64,000 bases of DNA from an uncultured Gemmatimonadaceae bacterium (GTDB lineage: Bacteria; Gemmatimonadota; Gemmatimonadetes; Gemmatimonadales; Gemmatimonadaceae): positions 916,006 to 980,005 of the forward strand of contig CAVVTZ010000007.1 of assembly GCA_963751275.1 (NCBI GenBank), in the 5' to 3' direction. Numbering within the stretch: position 1 is the first letter of the stretch; each line of letters begins with the position of its first letter. The notes under the pieces are model-generated. The model was given only the letters and a program-made list of their open reading frames with translations, made no database searches and was not told the DNA's origin. The position numbers were made by a program, and so were the translations under genes. Below, piece by piece: positions 1-10,602 of this stretch.

Positions 1-1
1 G

Positions 2-532
2 GTCGCCATCGTCGCCGGCTGGGTCATCGGCCGTCTGCACCTGGAAGGCTGGCTCGAGGAGTGGGTGCGTGGCGTTCGCGCCGTGGATGCCGCGGTGCCG
101 ACGGAACAGTTCACCTTCGTCGGCCGACTGAAGGCAGGCCTCTCCTCCATTCGCGAGATCGTCGAAAAGGTCTGGATGTGGATCATCGGCGGGATCGCGG
201 TCGGGGCCTTCATCCACGGCTATGTGCCCGCTGAACTCCTGGCGACGATCATGGGCAAGGGATCATGGTGGTCGGTGCCGGCGGCCGTGCTCGTCGGCAT
301 CCCAATGTATTCCAACGCCGCGGGCATCATCCCGATCGTCGAAGCGCTCCTCGGCAAGGGCGCAGCGCTGGGGACGGTGCTCGCCTTCATGATGTCGGTG
401 ATCGCGCTGTCGCTCCCCGAGATGATCATCCTGCGCAAGGTGCTGAGCGGCAAGCTGATCGCGGTCTTCATCGCGGTGGTCGCCGCCGGCATTCTGGCGG
501 TGGGATTCCTGTTCAACTTCCTGTTCACTTAG
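2..532 (+). CDS. Permease, ArsP/DUF318 family (5' partial)
   Basis: Open from the window edge; hydrophobic; GAFIHGYVP, GIPMYSNAAGIIPI and LAFMMSVIALSLPE motifs; followed by a small thioredoxin-like gene. Confidence 0.85.
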   Translation, partial: VAIVAGWVIGRLHLEGWLEEWVRGVRAVDAAVPTEQFTFVGRLKAGLSSIREIVEKVWMWIIGGIAVGAFIHGYVPAELLATIMGKGSWWSVPAAVLVGIPMYSNAAGIIPIVEALLGKGAALGTVLAFMMSVIALSLPEMIILRKVLSGKLIAVFIAVVAAGILAVGFLFNFLFT

Positions 533-548
533 CGCGAGGCAACGGATC

Positions 549-788
549 ATGAAGGACTTCAAGATCCTTGGACCCGGATGTTCCAATTGCAAGACCACGA
601 CGGCCCTCATCGAGACCGTCGCCCGGGAGAAAGGTGTGGAGATCCGTCTCACCAAAGTGGTGGAGATGGAGGACATCATGTCCTATGGCATCATGTCCAC
701 TCCGGGCGTGGTGCTGGACGAGCGCGTCGTTCACGCGGGCGGTGTACCGAGCCGAGCCAAGATCGAGGGTTGGTTCGCCGGAGCGTGA
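549..788 (+). CDS. Small redox-active disulfide protein (thioredoxin-like)
   Basis: 79 aa; ILGPGCSNC (CxxC) and YGIMSTPGVV. Confidence 0.9.
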   Translation: MKDFKILGPGCSNCKTTTALIETVAREKGVEIRLTKVVEMEDIMSYGIMSTPGVVLDERVVHAGGVPSRAKIEGWFAGA

Positions 789-1123
789 GGTCCGAGGTCG
801 CCCCCCGACCCCGGAACCCATCACCGATCGTCCCGGAACGGGGGCACCCTCAAGTGCGGAATCGCATGCTCACACCTCCGCATCGATATCCGATAGGCTC
901 TTGCAGGGTACTACGAAATCGAAGGCGAAAGAAACTGTACGGCGGCGATCAAGTACTCGCACGCCCATTCAAGTGCAGGTGATGCCGCGCCTCGACCACA
1001 CGGTCCCGGCGGGGCGCTCGTTCGAAGCGCCTTCGCCCTTGGCCACGGCACTCCGCATCGGCTAGCTTCCAAGCCGCTGTTCACCTGCCGAATCATCACT
1101 CGCGAACGTCGGAGCAAGAATCC

Positions 1124-2602
1124 ATGAGCGTCACCCTGCGCCGGATCTCCTCGTTGGTCATCATGAGTGCCGCCTCGATGACTCTCATCGCGGGCTGCAG
1201 CAAGAAGGACGACGCGATCTCCCAGGCCGCGAAGAACGACGCAGCCAAGGGCGTGTCCGCGCCGGGCATCGAGCAGACCAAGGCGATCGCCGAGGAAGGG
1301 TTCGTCTACGGACTGCCGCTCGTCATGAACTACGCGGTGATGTACGAGTTCGCGGTGGACAGCACCTCGAGCCAGTTCAAGGCGCCCTTCAACCAGATCA
1401 ACAACCAGCACCGCGTGGCGACCTACCTCGACTCGGCGGTCATCACGCCGAACAGCGACACGCCGTATTCCATGTTGTGGCTGGATCTGCGCGCGGAGCC
1501 GATGGTGATCACGGTGCCGGCGGTGCCGAAGCCGCGCTACTACTCGGTGCAGTTGATCGACGGGAACACCTACAATGACGGCTACATCGGCAGCCGCACC
1601 ACCGGCACCGAGGCCGGGAGTTATCTCGTCGCCGGTCCCGGCTGGACGGGCAAGACTCCCGCCGGCATCAAGAAGGTGTTCACGTCGACGACTCCCTTCA
1701 TGCTCACGCTCTTCCGCACGCAGCTGTTCGACCCGGCCGACATGCCGAACGTCGAGAAGGTGCAGGCCGGCTATAGCGCGCAGCCGCTGTCGGCGTTCCT
1801 CAAGCAGCCCGCGCCGCCCGCGGCGCCCAAGATCGATTTCCTCCCGGCCACCACGGCCGGGATCAAAGCGAATTTCTACGAGTACCTCTCGTTCGCGCTG
1901 CAGTTCGTTCCGCCCACCGCGCAGGACAGCGGGATCCGCGCGCGGCTCGCGAGCATCGGCGTCGGGCCGGGCAAGACGTTCGAGTTCAAGGACCTGTCGG
2001 TCGAGCACAAAGCCGCGGTGCTGCTCGGCATGAAGGCGGGCGACGACCAGGTGGACAAGTTCCTCGCCAGCGGGAACAAGAACATCAACGGCTGGAACGT
2101 CGGCGCGTTCTTCGGAGACAGCGCGTTCTTCAAGGGCCGCTGGCTCATGCGGGCCGCGGCGGCCAAGGGCGGACTCTACGGGAATGACGCCGAGGAGGCG
2201 ATGTATCCGTACACGCGCACGGATGGGAAGGGTGAAACGTTGGACGGCAGCAAGCACAACTACACGATCACGTTCGCGAAAGGGCAGCTCCCGCCGGTGA
2301 ACGCGTTCTGGTCGGTGACGATGTACGATGGCAAGAGCCAGCTGCTGATCAAGAACCCGCTCGACCGGTATCTGATCAACTCGCCGATGCTGTCCGCCAT
2401 GAAGAAGGGCGCCGACGGCTCGGTCACGCTCTACATCCAGAAGGATTCGCCGGGCAAGTCACTCGAGTCCAACTGGCTGCCCGCGCCGAACGACGTGATC
2501 TACATGGTCCTTCGCCTCTACTGGCCGAAGACCACGGCGCCGTCCATCCTGCCGCCCGGCGACGGAACGTGGAAGCCGCCGGCCATCACAGTGTCGAAAT
2601 AG
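1124..2602 (+). CDS. DUF1254/DUF1214 lipoprotein
   Basis: Lipobox IAGC; TPNSDTPYS, LDLRAEP, PPVNAFWSVTMY, NWLPAP, LRLYWP. Confidence 0.9.
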   Translation: MSVTLRRISSLVIMSAASMTLIAGCSKKDDAISQAAKNDAAKGVSAPGIEQTKAIAEEGFVYGLPLVMNYAVMYEFAVDSTSSQFKAPFNQINNQHRVATYLDSAVITPNSDTPYSMLWLDLRAEPMVITVPAVPKPRYYSVQLIDGNTYNDGYIGSRTTGTEAGSYLVAGPGWTGKTPAGIKKVFTSTTPFMLTLFRTQLFDPADMPNVEKVQAGYSAQPLSAFLKQPAPPAAPKIDFLPATTAGIKANFYEYLSFALQFVPPTAQDSGIRARLASIGVGPGKTFEFKDLSVEHKAAVLLGMKAGDDQVDKFLASGNKNINGWNVGAFFGDSAFFKGRWLMRAAAAKGGLYGNDAEEAMYPYTRTDGKGETLDGSKHNYTITFAKGQLPPVNAFWSVTMYDGKSQLLIKNPLDRYLINSPMLSAMKKGADGSVTLYIQKDSPGKSLESNWLPAPNDVIYMVLRLYWPKTTAPSILPPGDGTWKPPAITVSK

Positions 2603-2687
2603 CGAGGCCCGATCATGCGCAAACTCATTGCACTCGCCGCGCTGGGTGTTTCGCTCGCCCGCGCGTCTCGCCGCGGATGTGATGCGC

Positions 2688-5381
2688 TCACGGCTTGGCC
2701 TTCGCCTTCAGCGCCTGGGTCCAGTTCTCGGTGACGATCAGCTCCACTCCCTCCGCCGCGCCGCCCGTCTCGCGCAGCATCAGGAAGCGGCGGTCATCCG
2801 GCGCCACTGAGTACATCGTCCGGGAACCCGATGCCACGTAGGGCGCCGCATTGAATAGCGCGCGTTGCTGAGCGGCGCTGAACACCGGGCTCGTCACGAC
2901 CGCTGCGGCGACGAACATTCCCTTCCCATTCCTGAAATACAGCTCTCCACCGCTGTGCGACCAGGCGGGCTCGCTCCCGCCGGCAACCGAGACCTGCCAG
3001 CGCGCCTTCGCGGCGTCGGGGAAGGGGCGCACATACACCTCTTTCGCGCCGGTCTCGTTCGAGACGTAGGCGAGCCACCTGCCGTCGGGGGAGACCGCCG
3101 GCGAGGTCTCCCGCGCCGGACTCGCGACGAGCGGCGCGAGCGCGCTATCCCCCTCCTTCACGCCGAAGATATCTCCATTCCCCGGTTCAAGGGTCTGCCG
3201 CCGCGCGACGTACCATTTCCCGGCCGGTGATTCCTCAATCTCGGAAAAGGTCCAGGACGACGGGAAGAGCGGTCGCGCCGCACTCGCGCCATCGGCGCTC
3301 TTCGACATGGGGACGCCGCCCAAGTTGCCGCGATCCGACACGTACAGCACCGCGCGGCCATCCGCGGACCAACTCGGATGCAGGCTCGAAGTGTCGCCGA
3401 GCGTGAGACGGGAGAACGGTCCGCCAGGGATCCGCTTCACCCAAATGTCGGTGTGCGGTGGCTGCTCGAGCTCCACGGCGATCGCCTTGCCGTCGGGAGA
3501 CAGCGCCGCGCCGATGACGTTTCCCTCCGCGCGCCACGTGGAGTCCACCGGTGTGCTCTTGCCCTCGCGGCTCACCCAGTCGATCTCCCGCCCGACGGGC
3601 TTGGCCAGCCGCTGGAAGACGAGGGTGCCCGAATTGGAGAGCGCGATGCCCGACGAATAGATGGCCGTCTCCAGTCCGTCGTAGAGCACGACCGGCGCAC
3701 CGGTGAGCGCGAGCGAGCGTTCGCTGAAGGGGACGGCGAGGAGCTTCCCGTCCGCGGTGACGACGAGGAGGTGGCCGCTCGGGGAGTAGCGCGCGTAAAT
3801 GCCGCGGATCAGTTGACGCGGCTCACCAGCGGGGCGGGGGATCACCACGATCTGCTCATCGCCCGGTCCGCCCCCCTGGTAGCGGATGCGGACGATCACG
3901 CCGCGGCCCCCCGGCAACAGACTCGCGAATTCCACGCCGACCTCACGGCGCGCACTCGAGATCATGTAGAAGCGGTCGATCTTCCCGCCGCCGCTGGGGA
4001 TGCGCGCGAGGCCCGAGTCGGTCTCGAAGTAGATGAAGCCGTCGGTACCCCAGGAGGCGGCCGTGGTCGCGGCACTGTCGGTGAGGATGCGCGGCGCGGT
4101 CCCGTCCAGCGGCACCACTCGGATGCTCCGCCCCTCCTTCACGTACGCGAGCTGCTTTCCGTCGGGCGAGAAGAAGGGCTCCGCCATCCCCTCGGTGCCG
4201 GGGATCGGTTCGGGGCGTGCCCTGTCCCGCTCCTTCACGAAGAGACGGATCGTGCCCTCTCCCTTGCCCACATAGACGATGCGCCCGCCATGCGGGGAGA
4301 TCGCGAGGAGCGACAGGAGCAGGTTCGGTCCTCCGGGCTGGAACGCCGCCTCAGCGGGGAGGGCGAGACTGTACTGCGTGAGCGGCGGCGGCGCACCGCC
4401 GCGCAGCCATCCCCACGCCGCCGCCACGGCGAAGATGATCGTCGCCGCGCCGAGGATCGCGGCGAGCCGGCCGCCGCGCAGGCGTGCGGCCGGCGTGAAG
4501 GAGGGGATCGCCATCGTCGCACCCGCGGGATCGACCGCCGGTGCGCCGATGGCGCGAATGAACGTGTCGGCGCTGTTGAAGCGATCCGCGGGCAGCTTGG
4601 CGAGCGCGCGATGCACCGCCGCGGCGATCTGCGGGGGCACCGTGGGCCGCCGCGATGAGAGCGGCTCGGGCGCTCGCGTCACCACGGCGGCGATCACGGC
4701 TTGCATCGTCGCGCCGGTGTGCGGCGGCGAGCCGGCGATCATTTCATAGACGAGCGTGCCCAGCGAGTAGACATCCGAGCGCGCGTCGAGTTTCCGCTCG
4801 CCCGTCGCCTGTTCCGGGCTCATGTAGTCCGGCGTGCCGACGGACATGCCCGTCCCGGTCATCCGGCCCCGGTCGGCTGAACTCACCGCCAGCGCGATCC
4901 CGAAGTCCGCCACCAGCGCCTGGCCGTCGTGCAGCAGGATGTTCTCAGGCTTGATGTCGCGGTGGATCACGCCGTGCCGGTGCGCGTAATCGAGGGCGGA
5001 ACCGACCTCCGTCGCGATGCGCACGACGTCTTCGATCGGGAGCTGCGTCTCGCGCTGGAGGCGCGTGCGCAGGCTCTCCCCTTCGACGAGCGGCATCACA
5101 TAGTAGAGGAACGAATCCACCTGCCCTGAATCGAAGAGCGGGAGAATGTGCGGGTGCTGCAGCGCGGCGGTGGTCTTGATCTCGGCGAGGAATCGTTCGG
5201 CGCCGATCACGGCCGCGAGCTCAGGCCGCAACACCTTGAGCGCGACCTTCCGGTCGTGGCGAAGGTCATGGGCCACGTACACGGTCGCCATCCCTCCCTC
5301 GCCGAGCACGCCCTCGATGCGGTAGCGGTCGGCGATCGCCGCGGCGAGGCGCGCGGGCGGCGTTTCAGGCGAGTCGGTCAC
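2688..5381 (-). CDS. Hanks-type Ser/Thr kinase with C-terminal TolB-like beta-propeller
   Basis: GEGGMATV, HRDIKPEN, DFG, GTPDYMSPE; hydrophobic segment; repeated SPDG motifs. Confidence 0.95.
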   Translation of the reverse strand: MTDSPETPPARLAAAIADRYRIEGVLGEGGMATVYVAHDLRHDRKVALKVLRPELAAVIGAERFLAEIKTTAALQHPHILPLFDSGQVDSFLYYVMPLVEGESLRTRLQRETQLPIEDVVRIATEVGSALDYAHRHGVIHRDIKPENILLHDGQALVADFGIALAVSSADRGRMTGTGMSVGTPDYMSPEQATGERKLDARSDVYSLGTLVYEMIAGSPPHTGATMQAVIAAVVTRAPEPLSSRRPTVPPQIAAAVHRALAKLPADRFNSADTFIRAIGAPAVDPAGATMAIPSFTPAARLRGGRLAAILGAATIIFAVAAAWGWLRGGAPPPLTQYSLALPAEAAFQPGGPNLLLSLLAISPHGGRIVYVGKGEGTIRLFVKERDRARPEPIPGTEGMAEPFFSPDGKQLAYVKEGRSIRVVPLDGTAPRILTDSAATTAASWGTDGFIYFETDSGLARIPSGGGKIDRFYMISSARREVGVEFASLLPGGRGVIVRIRYQGGGPGDEQIVVIPRPAGEPRQLIRGIYARYSPSGHLLVVTADGKLLAVPFSERSLALTGAPVVLYDGLETAIYSSGIALSNSGTLVFQRLAKPVGREIDWVSREGKSTPVDSTWRAEGNVIGAALSPDGKAIAVELEQPPHTDIWVKRIPGGPFSRLTLGDTSSLHPSWSADGRAVLYVSDRGNLGGVPMSKSADGASAARPLFPSSWTFSEIEESPAGKWYVARRQTLEPGNGDIFGVKEGDSALAPLVASPARETSPAVSPDGRWLAYVSNETGAKEVYVRPFPDAAKARWQVSVAGGSEPAWSHSGGELYFRNGKGMFVAAAVVTSPVFSAAQQRALFNAAPYVASGSRTMYSVAPDDRRFLMLRETGGAAEGVELIVTENWTQALKAKAKP

Positions 5382-5472
5382 GCGGGCAAGTTGCAGGTGA
5401 TGTACGGGAGTAGCAAGCGCCCTGACGCCCGAGGTGGAGCTCCGCGCTGGTACGGTTCAACTCAAAGGCCAC

Positions 5473-5505
5473 GCCCCGCCCGAGCTTCGCGCTCGGGCGG
5501 GGCGT
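5473..5505. terminator. GC-rich stem-loop, probable intrinsic terminator of the M20 peptidase gene
   Basis: gccccgcccgagc-ttcgc-gctcgggcggggc just downstream of the minus-strand stop at 5531. Confidence 0.6.
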
Positions 5506-5530
5506 TGCGTTCGTGTGGCTCCGGCGCCGC

Positions 5531-6970
5531 TCAGTGCTTCTCCGGCTCGATCACGGTCGGCAGCGGATACGCGCTCTGCAGTGCCTTGAGGTAATCCGCG
5601 TACAGTGCCTGCAGCCCGGTGAATTCCTTCGTCACCGTCGCGCGATACTTAGCGTCGGTCGCGAACGCATAGAGAATGCCCGTCATCGCCTGCGCGTCGA
5701 TCACGAACGCGTTGTGGCCGATGTCGTTCAGCGCATCGGTCTCCATCTCGAAGGTGTGATAGCCGCCGCTCGAACTGTAGGCGGTGACGCCGACGCCGGG
5801 GATCTGCGTGGCCACGGTGCCCGTCTCCTCATAGGGAATGGGCGCGCCGGGCTCGGCGTTCACGTGCGTCGCGCCGAGCTGTTTCAGGTAGGTGAACGCG
5901 AGATCGTTCAACGCGGCCACCGAGATGCCGTCGCGCGCGGCCGAGTCTACCTGGATGTGCACCTTCGTTCCCGTCGCGAGCGCGGCGCCGCGCGCGGCGT
6001 CCTCCACCTGGTCGCGGATCTGCTTGAGGTAGACCTCATCCGGGTAGCGGATCCAGATCTCCGCGGCGGTGCGGTCGGGGACGACGTTGGGCGCTTTCCC
6101 TCCCTCGGTGATGATCCCCTGAATGCGGGCCTCGGGGCGGATCGTCTTCCGGATCGCGTCGATGTGATTGAACAGCTCGATGACCGCGGTCAGCGCGTCG
6201 CGGCCGTTCCACGCCGTGAGTTGGTGTGCCGGCGCGCCGTAGAAGGTGAAGTGCAGCACATCGATGTTGAGACAGCAGCTCCCGAATCCTCCCTCGGAAC
6301 GCTGCGTTGCGGTGGAGGAATGCGAGCGCACGATGACGTCGGCATCCTTGAACACTCCCGCGAGGTACATCGTGGTCTTCGCTTCCGGCGCGCCCACCTC
6401 CTCGGCGGGCGTGCCGTACACGATCACCGTGCCCGGCGTCTTCGACTGCGTGAGGAACTCCGCCATCGCTACGGCCACGGCCATCCCCACCGGGCCCTGC
6501 GCGCTGTGCTGGTCGCCGTGGAAGTCGCGCGACGTTCCGCGCAGTGCGTCGTACTCGAGGATCACGCCGAGCTTCGGGCCCGCGGTCCCTTTCGTGTAGC
6601 GCGCGACGAACGCGGTGGGCATTCCGGCCACGCCTTGCTCGACGGCGAATCCGTGAGCAGTCAAGTAATCGGTGAGGATCTTCACGGAGCGTGTCTCGTG
6701 CCAGCCCACTTCGGGATGCTTCGTGATGTCGTCGGCCATCGCGAGGAGTTCCTTGTCCATCAGCTCTTTCGCGCGCGCCATCACGGCGTCGCGGCGCTTA
6801 TCGGGCGCGCTCAGGCGCGAGACCATGGCGGGCAGTTGCAGCGAGGTCTCGAGCTCGCTCATGCGCTTGATCACATCAGCCGCGGCGTTACGCTCGGTGG
6901 GCGTTTCCTGGCCGGCGGCGGTCGCGGCGAGGAGCAAGGTGCAGGCGAGCAACAGGAGTGAACGGCGCAC
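5531..6970 (-). CDS. Secreted M20 family peptidase/amidohydrolase
   Basis: Signal peptide from GTG 6970; HPEVGWHE, EYDAL, GTPAEE, GGKAPNVVPD. Confidence 0.85.
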   Translation of the reverse strand: MRRSLLLLACTLLLAATAAGQETPTERNAAADVIKRMSELETSLQLPAMVSRLSAPDKRRDAVMARAKELMDKELLAMADDITKHPEVGWHETRSVKILTDYLTAHGFAVEQGVAGMPTAFVARYTKGTAGPKLGVILEYDALRGTSRDFHGDQHSAQGPVGMAVAVAMAEFLTQSKTPGTVIVYGTPAEEVGAPEAKTTMYLAGVFKDADVIVRSHSSTATQRSEGGFGSCCLNIDVLHFTFYGAPAHQLTAWNGRDALTAVIELFNHIDAIRKTIRPEARIQGIITEGGKAPNVVPDRTAAEIWIRYPDEVYLKQIRDQVEDAARGAALATGTKVHIQVDSAARDGISVAALNDLAFTYLKQLGATHVNAEPGAPIPYEETGTVATQIPGVGVTAYSSSGGYHTFEMETDALNDIGHNAFVIDAQAMTGILYAFATDAKYRATVTKEFTGLQALYADYLKALQSAYPLPTVIEPEKH

Positions 6971-7059
6971 GAGGTGGTCTCCCGGTGAGTGGGTTGGGAC
7001 GAAAGTATACGGGCGCGAGGCGCCCGCCACCATTTCGCCGCAGGCTGCGTCTCGCGCGC

Positions 7060-7767
7060 CTAGTAATTCCAGAACGCGCTGAGCGCCAGGATGTCGTCGC
7101 TCTTGTCGGGCGCGTTCGTGCCGAACACGTACTGATGCAGGTAGCCGAACTCGATCGTCACCGTCGGGCTGACGGCCACGCCGGGGCCGATGAAGAATCG
7201 GTTACGGTCGGAGCCGGCGGTGGCGCCGTAGTTGGTGCTGTTCAGGTTGTAGAAATATTCGTCGTACAGCACGCCTGACCATCGCGACCCGAGCGGCACG
7301 GACAGCTTGACGAATTCGCGCAGCCGCCAGCCGGTCTCGCTGCCGGTGCTCACGAACCGTTCTTCCAATCGCGTGCGCGACGAGAGCCGGCTGCTGCCGA
7401 CTCGGCTGCTCCAGGTCGCCTGTTCCCAGATGCGACTCTCATACGTGCTGGTGGAGGCATACGGCGGCTCGGTGTTGATATAGGCGTAGCCGAGCCACAC
7501 GGTCCACGCCCCGCTCAGCGAGTAGCCGACGCCGGGACGGATGATCCCCTGCGCGAACGTGCTCGCGTCATCGCCGAAGCGGAGCTGCATGTCGAGCCAG
7601 AGACGCCATGAGCCGCTCGTGTCGTTGAGCGCCGGCGGGAGTTTCCCGTTGACGAAGCCGCCGAGCCAGATGCCGAAGTCCTCGGTCTGCGCGTGGGCGC
7701 GCATGGCGGGCGCGAACAGGAGCACGGCGCAGGCGACGCGGACGAAGCGGCTCCTGGAGCGAGACAT
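7060..7767 (-). CDS. DUF2490-like outer-membrane beta-barrel protein
   Basis: Signal peptide; RPGVGY, ESRIWEQ, RTRLEERF, RNRFFIG, EFGYLHQ. Confidence 0.75.
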   Translation of the reverse strand: MSRSRSRFVRVACAVLLFAPAMRAHAQTEDFGIWLGGFVNGKLPPALNDTSGSWRLWLDMQLRFGDDASTFAQGIIRPGVGYSLSGAWTVWLGYAYINTEPPYASTSTYESRIWEQATWSSRVGSSRLSSRTRLEERFVSTGSETGWRLREFVKLSVPLGSRWSGVLYDEYFYNLNSTNYGATAGSDRNRFFIGPGVAVSPTVTIEFGYLHQYVFGTNAPDKSDDILALSAFWNY

Positions 7768-7770
7768 GCC

Positions 7771-8175
7771 CTAGCGCTTCCTCGCCGTCTTGCCGTTGTG
7801 CGTCACCGCCGCCTTCACGAGCGCCTTGAATGCGCGCGCATCGACCGTTTCTCCTTCGTGGATGTCGATCGCCCTGCGCGTCGCGCCTTCCAAGCTGGAA
7901 TTGAAGAGCTTCTTCGGATCCGGAAGGCTCGCCCCACGCGCGAACGTGAGCTTCAAGGCTTTCTTGTACGCTTCGCCCGTGGTGACGATCCCGTGATGCG
8001 ACCAAACGGGATTGGCCCACTTCCACTCCTCGGTCATTTCGGGATCGGCTTCCAGGATCAGCGCTCGCATGCGGGCCAGCGTCTCGCCGCGCCACCCTTC
8101 GAGCTCACGGATCCGCTGGTCGATGAGCCGGCCGGCTGCTTCTTTGTCTGGAAAAGGATTCGTCTTCATTGGCAT
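7771..8175 (-). CDS. DUF1801 (YdhG-like) protein
   Basis: WRGETLARMR, EEWKW, LFNSSLEG, RRAIDI. Confidence 0.85.
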   Translation of the reverse strand: MPMKTNPFPDKEAAGRLIDQRIRELEGWRGETLARMRALILEADPEMTEEWKWANPVWSHHGIVTTGEAYKKALKLTFARGASLPDPKKLFNSSLEGATRRAIDIHEGETVDARAFKALVKAAVTHNGKTARKR

Positions 8176-8199
8176 TATTGAAGTAGGAAGCGTTCGGAA

Positions 8200-8577
8200 C
8201 TATCGCTGCTGCCCCGACCGCAGGCTCCACAGTCCGCGCACCGAGAGCATGAAGGAGAAGAGCCCGGTCACGCCCTGCGCGAGGATCAGCCAGACCCAGA
8301 AGGCTCCGTGGGTCTTGGCGAGTTCGCTGCCCGGCCCCGTCATGTGGATGGTGGCGGTGCCCGCCCCAAGGATCGAACCGACGAGCATGATGATCAACCC
8401 CGATCGCCGTTCGGGGAGCACCAGCGTTCCGTACAGCCACACAGCCAGGACCGGCACCGTGACGAAGAAGTATGACGCCATCCCGCCCTGGTCGCGGAGG
8501 ATGTCCTCCATCATGTGAAAGGTCATGAGGAGGATCGAGAGCAGCGACGCGATGGTCAACGCCGTGTTTGGTTTCAT
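8200..8577 (-). CDS. Small 4-TM membrane protein
   Basis: Four hydrophobic segments; His in TM1 and TM3. Confidence 0.7.
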   Translation of the reverse strand: MKPNTALTIASLLSILLMTFHMMEDILRDQGGMASYFFVTVPVLAVWLYGTLVLPERRSGLIIMLVGSILGAGTATIHMTGPGSELAKTHGAFWVWLILAQGVTGLFSFMLSVRGLWSLRSGQQR

Positions 8578-8590
8578 TCAATACTCCGCG

Positions 8591-9725
8591 TCAGTACGCG
8601 TAGCCCAGCTTCAGGTAGATGCCGTAGTTGCCCGCGTTGCCGTGCGCGTACTCGAGGTTCGCGATCATCCGCTGCACGGGCTTGATCACGTAGTGGATGC
8701 CGACGCCGAACGCCGGGTAGATCGTGTTCTCGTCCGTCGCGCCGGTCACGCCGCCGCCGTACAAGTACGCCGCGCCCAACGAACGCCGTCGCGCCCCAAC
8801 GCTCCGAGATCTTGAATCGCTCCTCCGCCTCGAGCGACGACATGTACTGCCCGAGGTACTGTCCCTGCTTGTAGCCGCGCAGCAGCACGGACGCCTCGGC
8901 CGAACCCGGCGCGTCGAAGGTCCACCAGTTGTACTGTCGCACGGCGAGCACGTGTCCGCTCCCGTGCTCCCAGTATCCGCGCCCGTCCAGCCGCACGACG
9001 CTGTACGTGCTGTCGCCCGGGAACCAGTCGCCGTACCACACGTTGTTGGCGTTCAGGTACCAGCCGCGCGTGGGCATGTCCTGATTGTCGCGCGAGTCCT
9101 GCATCGCCACGAGCCCAACGCCGGCCGATTTGAACGGGCGAATGCCGAGGCTCTCGAGGACCTCCTGATCCTGGGCGTCGTCGCCGAGCACTTGGTAGTT
9201 CGCGAATGATGTTTGCGCGCCAACGAACCAGTCGCCGGTGAGCCGGTACTCATAGCGCACGAAGATGGCGCGCAGGTTGTCCTGCGTCTGGAGCGGCTGG
9301 CCGGTGCCGAGGTAGTCCTCGTAGTTGTTGTTGATCTGTCCGTACGCGCCGAGCGCGGTGATGCGGTGGTGATCCTCGCCGAATGAGAGGCGCGCGAAGA
9401 GGCCGGCGATCTGCGAATGCGTGGTGGTGTACGTGTACATCGCGCCGATCATCGACGTGCGCGATTTCTCGTCGAACTTCTTCACCCAGGCGCCGAGCGC
9501 GCCGACCGCCGTGCCCAGCTTCGGGTTCGACGAGAGGGTGGGGAGGATGAGCCAGGGGGAGCCCACGGCCTTCACGAGGGAGTCCACGGGCGTCACTTGG
9601 GCGTGCGAACCGGTCGCGAACGCGGCGAGCATCACGGCGCCGCACCAGATCTGCGCGATGCAGCGCCGGCTCGTTGCAGGTCCGCATTCGAATCCGACTC
9701 CACGCCGCACCGCGCCTAGTACCAC
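8591..9725 (-). CDS. BamA/TamA-like outer-membrane barrel protein (frameshift near 8780; start uncertain)
   Basis: LPTLSSNPKLG, DSRDN, LRGY..GQY, EAEERF; C-terminus YLKLGYAY lies in a second frame (8591..8779). Confidence 0.75.
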
Positions 9726-10378
9726 TTGGCGTTGAACTGATGACAGTAGTGGTTCGGGTCAGCGCGCAGCCACTCCTGCTTGGTCATCCAGGAGTACGCC
9801 TCACACTCCTCCTTGAGCTGCTGCTTCTGCTGCTTCACCTCGGTCTTCAACGCCTTCTGCCACTCCTTCGCAAATGCGACGGATGGGAATCGATACACCC
9901 CCTCCCACACGTGCCCATGGGCGAGTAGGTCGAAGGCGGCGGTGAGTTGGGCATCCTGTCCCTTGATGTTCCATTTCAGGCCGCCCTTCGAGATGTCGCC
10001 CGCGTAGCTCCACTGCCACGCGTCGCCCGACTTCACGACCAGCATGCATTGGAATCCGCTGTTCGGCCGCGCGTTGTCGTACTGTCCCGACCAGACCCAA
10101 GAGCCGTTCCGGCTGATGGTCAGCTCCGCCGACCCGCCCCCGTTCTTGAACTCCCAGTGGATGATGATCTGCCCGTTCTTGCCGATCCCGCGCTGGATCC
10201 CCGTGTTCTCCTCGACCGGAGCCTCGACCGTCTGCTCGGTCTGAAGGGCCGGAATGGGCTGGCTGCTATCCGCCGCGTGCTTCTTCTTCCCCCCTCCTTG
10301 CGCACTCAATGGATTCGCCAGCGCGACGACGAGCAGGCAGACGCAGGCGACCGCAATCGGTGAGTTCCGCATCGTCAT
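9716..10378 (-). CDS. Hypothetical secreted protein
   Basis: Signal peptide ending LSA-Q; Trp-rich beta region; C-terminal Cys pair. Confidence 0.6.
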   Translation of the reverse strand: MTMRNSPIAVACVCLLVVALANPLSAQGGGKKKHAADSSQPIPALQTEQTVEAPVEENTGIQRGIGKNGQIIIHWEFKNGGGSAELTISRNGSWVWSGQYDNARPNSGFQCMLVVKSGDAWQWSYAGDISKGGLKWNIKGQDAQLTAAFDLLAHGHVWEGVYRFPSVAFAKEWQKALKTEVKQQKQQLKEECEAYSWMTKQEWLRADPNHYCHQFNAKWY

Positions 10379-10602
10379 GGCTCCCAATGTTAGGGGAAGC
10401 TGCGTTTCCAACATAGGGCGGATGGGGCCGGAGCGCGACAGGGGCATTCGTCGAACAACCGGGAGCCGATTGCCGGGAGCCGATGAGGCATGACAACGCA
10501 TGGCGTCACTACTTGCGACTCAGGATTCTCCCGACGCGGCGAGGGTGTTTACGCGGTATGATTCTAACGGCGCGAAAGCGCTCACTCGTCCAGGAGATCC
10601 TC

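Noticed and set aside
789..1123. Possible island boundary or ncRNA after the permease-thioredoxin pair
   Set aside because: Slightly lower GC, but no tRNA, att repeat or recognisable structured RNA could be supported.
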